DNA from: Ptychomitrium polyphyllum
Taxonomy: Eukaryota
Assembly: GCA_973851085.1 (NCBI GenBank)
Contig: OZ316775.1
Coordinates: forward strand, 12,400,001 to 12,464,000
Direction of reading: 5' to 3'
Length of the DNA stretch: 64,000 bases
The translations under genes and the position numbers were made by a program. The notes under the pieces are model-generated. The model had not been told where the DNA came from, made no database searches, and saw only the letters and a list, made by a program, of their open reading frames with translations. Of this stretch, positions 50,975 to 61,102 are shown piece by piece. The stretch's first letter is position 1. Each line of letters begins with the position of its first letter.

Positions 50975-53900
50975 CTCATCAATGCCGACGTTGTCTTTTA
51001 TTGGAGTTCCTATCCCTTTCAAAGCGTTTCACCACTTCATTGGCATTTCCCAAGTCCTTGGCCGCTACCCAAGTTGCTTCCTTTTCATGGTACCCTCTCT
51101 ACTTCACCAAATACTCTTTTCCTACTTTCTTGTGGTGCCTACACTTGAAAATTCCTTCTACTTTGTATTGCAAGTGGTCGCCTACCAATTCTGACGGTGG
51201 CCAAATCACTTGTTTGCGATTGGATCACAAGGTATCTTTATTGAATGGGTTAAGGAGTGAAACATGAAATTTTGGGTGCACTTTGATTTCGGGTGGTAGC
51301 TCCAACTTGTACACATCTTTAAACACCCGCTCCACAATGGAAAACGGCCCCGCAAACTTGGACATGAACTTTGGAGTGAGGCCTTTGGGCAAGCTAAAGT
51401 TCTTCACATTCAACAACATCTTTTGGCCTACTTCATACTCCACTTCACGTCTTCCGGCATTGACTTGTTCCTTGTACCGCTTTTGTGCCTTTTCCAACAA
51501 AAGCTTGGTCTTCTCCAACATCTGTTCCCGCTTTTTGGCCAAGTCCTTACCATCTTGGTTAAACTCTAGTGTTGAATGTGCACCTCCAAGAGCTAAGTCG
51601 GCAAGTTGGAGTAGCTCCACTCCATAGGCCACCTTAAATGGCGATTGCTTTGTTGCCAAATGGTTGGCCGCATTGTAACTGAACTCCACAAGGCTCACAT
51701 AATCCACCCAATTGCACTGGTCCGCACTCACAAAATTCCTCAAGTATTGGTTCAAGACTCCGTTCACTCATTCCGTTTGCCCATCCGTTTGAGGATGGAA
51801 GGCAGTGCTAAACATCAATTTGGTTCCAACTTTCCTAAAGAAATGTTTCCAAAAAGCACTAGTGAATTTTGGATCTTGGTCCGACACAATCACTCTCGGC
51901 AACCCGTGATGTTTCTACCATGCATCGAGGAATAGCTTTGCGGTCTCATGTGCAATTACGGTTCCTCTAGTTGGCACCATGTGCGCCAACTAGCTAAAGC
52001 AATCCACCATCACAAAGATGGCATCATGCCCTTGCGGTTCCGGAAGACTTGTGATGAAGTCCATGGACACGCTATGCCATGGACTCGGCAGAATTGGCAA
52101 AGGTTTTAGTAGACCGGCTTGCTTTTGGTAAAAGGCTCTATAGAATTGGCACGTCACAAAAGTTTTCACAAAGTCGGTGATGTCCGCTTTCATGCCCGGC
52201 CAATAGTACCTTCTTGACACCGTTGCTATGGTGGTTTTTTTCCCTCTATGGCCGGCTATGGGACTATCATGTTCTTCTTTCAGAACCAACAACCGTAGTT
52301 TTTCTTGAGGCACATACACCCGACTTTGTTTGTACTTGAGCAATCCCTTCTCCAACTTAATTTCCTTAAGTTTCTTACCCTTCTTAAGCTCACCGACAAG
52401 CCTTCGTGCTTCGGAGTCCTTCATGTATCCCTCTCTTATCTTCCTTTCCAATTTGCCTTCTCCCTTGTACATTACTTGCAGGACTTGGGTTGTACCCATC
52501 GCTTGCAACTCCTCCCGCCTACTTAGAGCATCAGGCACTACATTGTCACGCCCCGGCTTGTGGATCAAATCCACATTCATGAGCGCCGAGGTGTCGTGCC
52601 ACCTCAATTGTTTTGCACTCATTGTGTCTGCGACTCAAAGTACTTCAATGACACGTTGTCCGTGTAGACTTTGGTTTTATGTAGGCGCAAGTAGTGCCGC
52701 CATGTTTTCAAACAATGCACTACGGCAAAGAATTCTTTCTCGTATGTGGGCCACCTCTTTTGGCACCCATCCAACTTCTTGCTCTCATAGGCAATTGGCA
52801 TGCCTTCTTGCATGAGCACTCTGCCAGTGGCAAAGTCACTTGCATCCGTGTGGACCTCAAAGGGCTTTTCAAACTTGGGAAACTTCAATACCGGCGATTG
52901 TGACAATTTATCCTTGAGTTCTTGAAAAGCTTGGTGACAAAATCCATCCCATACTTGGCTAGCTCCTTTCTTCAACAAGTCGGACAAAGGTCTAGCAATT
53001 TTGGAAAAGTTGCGTATGAACCTCCTATAATAATTTGTTAGGCCGAGAAATGATCTCAGTCCCTTTTGTGTAGAAGGTTGTTTCCACTCTCTAATTGCCT
53101 TTATCTTCCTTATGTCCGGCTTGATTCCATCATCCGTCATTATATGGCCCAAGAACGCAATCTCAAGTTGAACAAACTCACTTTTTTCTCCGTTGGCATA
53201 AAGTTTGTGGTCCCTAAGTTTTTGAAGCACCACTTCGAGGTGTCTTGCATGTTCTTCCGCCAACTTGGAGTACACCAAGATGTCATCAATGTAGACAATG
53301 ACAAAGGACAATGTAGACAATGTATTCATGAGGGTCGTGAACGTCGAAGGAGCATTACACAACCCGAATGGCATCACCAAAAATTCATAGGACCCATACC
53401 TAGTGCGGCATGCGGTCTTTGGCACGTCTTCATCCGCAATGCGGATTTGATAGTAGCCCAACTTCAAGTCTATCCGACTAAAGTATTTAGCTCCCGCCAA
53501 TCTATCAAACAGGTCATCAATGCGAGGCAAAGGATAGTTGTTCTTGATGGTGGCTTTATTCAAGGCTCTATAGTCGACACACATGCGGAGCTTCCTATCC
53601 TTTTTGTCCACGAAGAGGACCGGTGCTCCATATGGCGACTTACTTGGCCTAACATAGCCTCTTTCCAACAAGTCATTCAATTGCTTCTTCAACTCCTCTA
53701 GCTCTTTTTGATTCAACCGGTATGGAGCCTTTGAAGGGGGCTCCATTCTCGGTATCACTTCAATTTTGTGATCCACTTCTCTTCTTGGCGATAACTCTGC
53801 GGGCAGCTCATTGGTGAGCACATCTTTGTAATCACTTAGTACATTTTGAATGCACTTGGGAATAGTCCTAACTTCCTTGGCACTTGGCCTATTCCCTTCT

Positions 53901-54430
53901 TCTTGTTCCATTTGCATCGCAACCATAAATTGATTATTCACTAATTGTTCTAAGGAGACTAGGTTCAACTTTCCTCCCGCAACCATAGGAGTCCTAGTCA
54001 ACTTCAATATTGCCTTTTTTCCACCACGGCGCACTACTAACCGTGTTTCCTTTTGCTTCACATCCACCACATGAATTTTGAAAAAGGTATCACCTAAAAT
54101 GAGATCTACCTCATCCATCTTACATAGTATAAAATTTTCCTTCAACTCCAATGTTCCACTACTTGAGGGCACATCCAATACCACCTCCTTCGTCGCGTAC
54201 GGTTTGCCTTTTGCAAATCGCACGTTGATGGGCTTGCTAGCTTTTTGAGCCGACAAGCCCAACTCCCTTGCTAGCTTGGGACTCATAAAGGAGTGCGGTC
54301 CCCATGTGTCAATTAAACATAAGACATTTTTGCCATTTATTTGGGCCTCAAGGTATAAAAGGCTTGACCTTGGCTTAAGGCTAAGAGCCTTGGCCACAAA
54401 TTCACCTTCTAAAATGTGATCCACAAACAC
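50975..54430 (-). pseudogene. pol (aspartic protease, RT, RNase H, integrase, chromodomain), disrupted
   Basis: [66 protein letters not shown], and chromodomain YKVEGIFK...KEYLVK*RGY...ATWV. Frameshift at ~52620 and stops at ~51990, ~51768, ~51225 and ~51100. The protease motif is altered to DTWGPHSF. Confidence 0.92.
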
Positions 54431-55597
54431 AAGTGTGATAAGCTTTGGTACTCACCTTTTTATTAGGGCACTCCGCAATGAAGTGACCAATCTTGCCACA
54501 CGTGTGGCAACGCTAGTGCTTCAGCTCACCACTCTTATCTCCCAATTTGAATGGTTTTTTCTCATGATGGTCCACTTTGTTGTAGGCCCTTCCCTCTACT
54601 TGTCCCTTGTCTTTGTTTCCAAAGCCAAATTTCTTGCGTTGTCCGCCGCAAGATACATTTTGGCTCAATCCACTTTATTAAAAGGTGCCACTTGATTTTC
54701 TTTCGAATCCGTCAACTTCAATTCTTTCCGCAATCTTAATAATTCCCGCCACGTCCTTCGGAAGCTTTGGAAATTTGAAGAAGGCGTCCACCACCCACTT
54801 TTGAAGCCCACCCAAAAAGATGCATTTCTTTGAAAACTCATCCATTTTGAATGTGGCATTCATTTGGGCGTTGAAATCTTGCACATAAGTCTTGAACGAC
54901 TTGGTGTGCCTCATTTGCACCAAGTTCATGCCCTCCCTCAACTCTTGGTATTTCGGAGTGAAGCGTTCACTCAAAATCTCTTTAAAACCAACCCAAAACA
55001 AAATCGCCACCAACTCCGGCTCTTGCTTCTTTTTACTTGTCTACCATTGAAGAGCATGGTCTTTCAAAAATATCACCGCAATTGAAACTTTGTCCACCTC
55101 TTCCGGCTTTGGAACATCATAATAGTTGTCCATTTCCAAAAGAAACTCCTTCACCTTCTTGGCCTTATCTAGCCCAGAAAAAGTGCTTGGCATGTTCACC
55201 TTGGCCAACTTCTTGGTCCAAGATGAAGACTTGGAACCTTGTGCCATCAAGTGCTCAATCAATCTCTCTTGACGGGTCCTTTCTTCTTTGCTACGCTTGA
55301 GTTCTTGGTCACACCGTCCATAAACTAGAGCATTTTCATGCAAAAACTTAAGTCAGGGTCCTGACTTTCTAGGCCTTCAGGTGGCTCAGGAATCCTAGCT
55401 CCTGAGTACTCTCCACCCTCCAATGCTTTGTCTTGTTGAGTTTCTTCAACTTCTTCGGTGACTCCAATGTCATTCTTTTGCTCATTGGAATCAAAAGATG
55501 GAGCCTCATTAATCGGATCGAGATCTTTATTCACCCTCGTGCGTAGTCGTTTAGAGGCCCCGGGCTCACCACCATCACTGGCCTTCTTCTTATCCAT
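54410..55597 (-). pseudogene. gag, frameshifted into several pieces, with CCHC zinc knuckle
   Basis: MPSTFSGLDKAKKVKEFLLEMDNY...FLKDHALQW, FKEILSERFTP...YVQDF...FLGGL, and CHTCGKIGHFIAEC at ~54468-54509. Confidence 0.85.
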
Positions 55598-55635
55598 AGC
55601 CTCCTCGCAACGTAGCACTTGGATATTCAAAGTTT

Positions 55636-55647
55636 GCTCTGATACCA
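55636..55647 (-). other. Primer binding site complementary to tRNA-iMet (TGGTATCAGAGC)
   Basis: Plus-strand gctctgatacca, 2 nt from the 5' LTR. Confidence 0.93.
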
Positions 55648-55649
55648 AA

Positions 55650-56794
55650 TGTCGCAACCCTTGTAATGCACCTTAGCAAGCGTTACGCGCGTCAACCCTA
55701 TACACCCCCACATGCACATGGTTAACCCCCTTTCTCACTTTCCAAGTCTTTTTACCATTTCTCTTAGGACATCCAATTGATTGGGAGCCAATGGTCAGGT
55801 GTGGACTTCCATTCATGTCCAAGGCCTCACTTGGTGTTACTCCCATTCTACACGACCTAACCGCACTTAGTGCTGTCTCTTCACCACCACTCATGATCCC
55901 CCATGCGATTTTAAGAACACCCCGGGCCACCATGGTGCCAGTGTAAAGATACCACTTCAACTTAGTGGTAACAAACGTACCCTTTTGAACGTGTTAGTTC
56001 CCTCCGTAAAACCGGCCATCACCGGCTCACAATGGTGTAGGAATCCCCGTGGTGAAGCCCCAACACTAGCTCCACCAATCGGGACTCACCCTTGGTCTCT
56101 ACCGAGACACTAGAGGAATGAGAAGGGGGACCAGCCCTCCCTTATAGTACTCCCTGTGGGATTTGGCAGGCCCCCTGGCCCTTTGTAGCTGGCTGAACCC
56201 CGACACACCTAAAGTTTTGGAAGACCACCCGATCTCCTTTGGGACTTAGCCGCTAGAAGCCTCCGGGACTCCTAGCGGACCTTCAGCGAGCTATATCTTC
56301 CTCATCCGGTGCTTGAATGTATCGAGCAATCACTCTATCGTCATCTACTCTTTGCGTAGATGCCGATAGACTCCTCAAACGTCCGATTTGAGTTAGTATT
56401 GTGAGAGATACGCCTCTCCTAAGGTTCGGGACTCCCGGGGAGTCCCTCCCTGGACTGTCCCACTCCAGTACAGTCACTGTGTAGGGCTGCCACAGTCCAG
56501 AACAGCCCCTTGGCAACCCCAACTTTGGGATGCCATAACTTTTAGCTCACTTGTCCGATTTGGGCAATCTTTAGCATTTTAGAATCAACTCTTTGTGATT
56601 CCTCTAATGTCCACGATTTATACCTCATTGCCTTTGGTCTAAATGGGCAAGGATGTTTCTCCCCCTAGGGGTCCTTCCTACGCTAGGCCCACTCGGTTTC
56701 CTTCACTATTGGCGCCACAAATCTCGGACGTCACTCCGAGGTCCCCCTTGTGCCCTTAGTATTGCGGGCACTCTTCAAGGAGAGGTGCGCAATA
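55650..56794 (-). repeat. 5' LTR
   Basis: Direct repeat of 49044-50188. Its outer terminus reads gcgcaata instead of gcacgaca. Confidence 0.93.
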
Positions 56795-58029
56795 GAAAGA
56801 TTCTCCATCCAATCAACTTATCTCTTCTTAAATCATACAAATAAGAAAGATAATTATTTCCTCAAGTTTCTCTAATATATTTCTAAAAATTCTAAATTAA
56901 TTTTTTATCTTATCTAATAAAAGACTTATAATTTTATATCCTTATTATTAGAAAGCATTCAACATTCTTTTTAATAAAAGACATACGATCTTCACAACAT
57001 CTATTATCAATTACATATTACCATCATATTATTCATTTACATATTGAATGAAGTTATCATTCAATAGTGGATGAATTTGTGGATGAATTCTATCTGTATT
57101 TCCAGCAAAAAGTCGCTGTTCACCTTGTCAACGCGGAAGATTACCTATAAGCGTGGCATGCGCATGCACCGCCCGATCGCCACCTAGAGGCCAGGATGGA
57201 CGGCACAGATGACATTGCTCGGCGTGTCGTCCGAGACGGAGCCGAGATGTCTAGAAATCTAGACGTGAGACTCTCGAACACGGCACTCGATCTGAACACA
57301 GCGTGTAGTGTCTGCAAGCTTTTGGAACTCCACCGACACCAGGACGGTATTCAGTTCAACCTCCAAATAAACTAACAAACAAGGTGTAGTATAAGTTTTG
57401 CTTACAGGTTTTGTTTTCCCACTCAGCTGCAGGTGCTAGATCTCTGTCTTAGGTCCCGCACCATCTTTAATCTCTAGTCGATCTAGACGACCATACTGAA
57501 GTTTGAGCCCAGGTGATCTGCTTTTCGGGCACTGAGCGGATGATTCGGCTCGTTATTGCTTGGTGAGTGACTGGTTCGTGGTTTGCTACTTCTCTTGTAG
57601 GTTGACCAATTATATGCAATGATGGTGATCATTGATGCTGCTGGTCTCTGGCAATTCTTCACAGCAGAGTTATTATAAGTTGAGACAGAGGCTGCTTGTA
57701 GAGAGTTTAGATGGTTAGGTTTAGTTGAAGGTTTGTTTTGTAGAACTAGTTTCTGAGGAGTTGGGTGAGAGACTGGTTCGATGCGTTGATGATTTGAAAG
57801 GGGTTTGTGACGGAGGAGTTCTGTGCGTGATTTTAGAGAATTTGGTTTTCTTTGACGGTTTAGTGTTTGTAATTGTCGATCTTACTAGGGCGGACATTTG
57901 AAGCGAGAGCTTCAAGAACTGATAATTTATGATTCTCTGGAGTTGACCGCTGACAATTGATGTGCAGATTTCGTCATTGAGATTGTGCGCGCAAATAGAA
58001 TTTGAACTTGGGTCGCTGGAATCGGGACG

Positions 58030-58233
58030 ATGTTTTTCTGCTTTGTTTGCGATGAGCAGCGGGACGTGGTAGGCAGCTACCCTATCAACGGCATGTGCAG
58101 CAACTGTGGCGGCATGTTAAGCGACGTGCAAGTGCGAGACATGTTCCGCTTCTGCTTCATCCCCATTTGGTGGTCTTATAAGAACCGTATTGTGTGCTCT
58201 CGATGTGGGGCGCAGTATAGGAGTCATTACTGA
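58030..58233 (+). CDS. Small zinc-ribbon protein (67 aa), GIR1/GIR2-like (zinc_ribbon_15-type) family
   Basis: FVCDE...CSNCGG...FRFCFIPIW...CSRCG has two CxxC pairs and the RFCFxP signature. A 5'-UTR intron runs from GTGAGT (~57563) to tgtgcag (57967). Confidence 0.85.
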   Translation: MFFCFVCDEQRDVVGSYPINGMCSNCGGMLSDVQVRDMFRFCFIPIWWSYKNRIVCSRCGAQYRSHY

Positions 58234-59923
58234 GTTCCACAACCAAACCTTTTAGTAGATGGTTGTTTTCCATGTAAAGCCGTATTTTCTTAGATAGCAC
58301 ACGACGTTAGAGAGAAAAACCTGTCTTGGAAAAACAAGAGTGCCGTTTCATCAGTTGTTAGAGAAAGTGCAGAGTTCGTGGTTACCTCCAAATAAAAATA
58401 TCTTCCTGGTACTACCTTTTAGGGTGTAATTTTAGAGTTGGAATGGTGAACCTTTACTGTTTTCTCTTTTACTTTTCCTTGATATCACACAAACCTTCTC
58501 AATACAGGAAAAGCATTTGAAGAGTGTGGTGTCAATTTATCTTGATGATTGGGCCTTAATTTGTCTGCACATATTATATTATATACTATTTGAACAGATT
58601 ATTAGTCAGGTCCTTCAGCAGTGTAATCAGATCGTAAACCCTGGCACCGGTAAATTTGTGTGAAATCTACTCTCAGCTGCATGTGAACATGGTTATGACC
58701 TTAGTCGACCTCTGCTACTGTGTCAGAGACTTCACATGATTCTTTACCTTTTTGAGTGTTGTTGCAAAGGCTGCTTGTTCTGAGCTTAGGGTGTTTTATA
58801 AAGGCACGCTGCAACGCCTTGGTGGGTACGGTGTGCATCACAATGTTGACACCTAATTGTTTGCACAGATTCTCAGCTTGACCTGTGGTCGCTGGTAGTA
58901 CTCACCACCGTGACGATCATGAGGGAGGCCAGCAACGTGACGATCATGTGGTTGCTGCTGTTTGCCCTGTGGCCGCAACCACTGCCACCAATTTCTGCAT
59001 TTAGTTACAAGGATTCATGACATCCATCCACAGGCTAGAAGTGTATGTAAGTATACTAGCAACTGGTAGTTGAGTGCCACCGGACTTGGACCCTGACCAA
59101 ACCCTCTATTTGCACTAGCACATGTTTCTGTCAAGCATCATACTCTTTTAACTTAAGCATATACAAAATTCATGGTCATTAGGGTAATTCAGGTGGCCTT
59201 GCAGTTCGAGTAACAGGACGCCATGTTTCCCACTCGTCTTCCATCAAAAATCGAGGGACCTTGGCGGAGCGGCTGCAGGTGTGCTTGGAGGAATGCGATG
59301 GAGATGACGAAGGACTGGAGTATATTCTCAATGTCCAATTGGATTTAACACAAGATCTGATGCAAGAGGTGCTGCGGTCTGTGTGGTGTCGGAAGAGAAA
59401 TAGAGCGGTTGGTCTTTTAAAACTCCACTTTGTCGCCTGGTCACTTTGGTGCATTTTGGTTTACGTTTCTGATTTACAGGTTGCATTTCCGAGGTGAGCA
59501 CTTGGGTAGGCCATCTCCGAGTGATTTGGCACCTCTGAATTGGATTTAGTGGCGCGTATGTTCAGCAGTAGCAAGACCATCTAGATACAGAAGATGCTCC
59601 TTGTTGTTGCGGATTTTATTTAACTAGGGCTTCTGTTCTGTTGAGTTTGTAATTTTATAAGCTTTTGAGTTTTGATTGACCTGTGGTACTTTTGGCATTT
59701 ACTATGTTGCTTGAGCGTGTTCGTTCATAGATGCTCAACCCGTTCAACCGGGATTTTGTCTTTCTTAATAGTCGTGAATTTCTAGCGCTCTTACCGCAGC
59801 CTGTAACTGACGAGGTTGTTGGCACACTAAGGTTGTCTTTGTGCGGCTGGGATTTCTGATGATTGGATTCTTCCTTTCATGCCTGAATGTTAGGATTTGT
59901 TCCTGTGACTTGGACACAGCACG

Positions 59924-61102
59924 ATGGAATCGCTAGGCACATTGTGGAGTAGTCTCCCGGCTGATATCGTGGAGCGAGTGCTATCATTTCTGCCCGAGCC
60001 CGACTTGTGCAGAAATCGTGCAGTGTAAGAGTTGGAACTCCCTTGTGTGCTCACCAAGGTTCGGGGATCTCTGTCTCCAGAACGCGAATCAAGATTCCTA
60101 CTACATCGATAGGCTCTACTTTGGCAAAGAAGGTTATGCAAGATCCATGAGACACGTCGGTTGGTGCATTCTCGACCTGAATGCGAGGCGGTAGTACATC
60201 GTCAAGGGCGACCCAATCAGCGCTTTCGACACTATCAATCCTCTGGCTATGGATGGAGTTTTAGTTTGCTGGCATTTGGAGGACCCTGACTCATTTGATC
60301 TTAACATAACCGTTTTCAACCCCCTTGCGAAAACCGCTAAGGTACTGCCAGTTCCACCTTGCCATTCAACCAGCGAAAGATATCCACACGTGAATTTAGT
60401 CGTTAACAGCATCTCCAATATCTACAAGATTTTCCTCTTAAACAAGGCTTTTCCTGAGAGGGACCCTGAGGAACCCATTATGCGTGTTTTTGAGTCTACT
60501 ACCAATCAATGGCGGAGCTTGGCCGATCCACCTCGGCTAACCCATGGGGGGGACGGGGAGGATGTAGGGATTGAGAATCGAGTATCCAACGTCATGTTTC
60601 AAGGACTGTTGTGCATCTGTTTAAGTTTTACACTGACATGGAGTATGGGCTCTTTAGTAACACCCTCTAGACGATACGTGGTAGGAGACTGAAATAAGCA
60701 TTCCGGGAAAGGGCACACACGAAGATATACTCGTGGTGAGCGGTAGCCGTCTGTTTCTGGTGATGAGTTTTCTGGTGAAAATGAACGGGCCACTAGTCAT
60801 CCTCGAACTCTCAGTCGCAAATCGAGAGAGCAAAGAAGTAATTTCAGATGACAAGATCGCTAGTGCTGCAAGTTTTAATGATCGGGAGGATGATCTCGAC
60901 ACAGTCCCCCACATCCGGGCGTTTCGCTTTAGCACGTCTGAAGTGCTGGCTTCTATGGGAACTGGATTCTCCATAATGTATGATTTGTAGACATGTTTGT
61001 TCGATCAATTGCCGCCAAACCCGGTGAAACGTCACGGTTTTGCGTTCGATTATTCCCTGGGAAGCCGATGAATCAGCTTCGTTTGCCGAGTATCCTTTTT
61101 GA
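59924..61102 (+). pseudogene. F-box (F-box/kelch-associated type) pseudogene, intronless coding region
   Basis: MESLGTLWSSLPADIVERVLSFLPEPDLCRNRAV then a frameshift to KSWNSLVCSPRF. Premature TAG at ~60191 and further frameshifts near 60630-60720. Contains VFNPLAKTAKVLP and MRVFESTTNQWRSL, typical of plant F-box C-terminal domains. Confidence 0.8.

Larger units (their letters stand above)
49044..56794 (-). mobile_element. Full-length Ty3/Gypsy chromovirus LTR retrotransposon, young LTR pair, internally disrupted
   Basis: 1145-bp LTRs at 49044-50188 and 55650-56794, about 99% identical by eye. PBS and PPT are present. Domain order on the minus strand is gag-PR-RT-RH-INT-chromodomain. Flanks caaag / gaaag (4/5 TSD). 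Confidence 0.96.

Noticed and set aside
53066..53701. 211-aa plus-strand ORF and other antisense ORFs over pol, VCS and the ALS-like gene
   Set aside because: Shadow frames of real coding sequence on the opposite strand.
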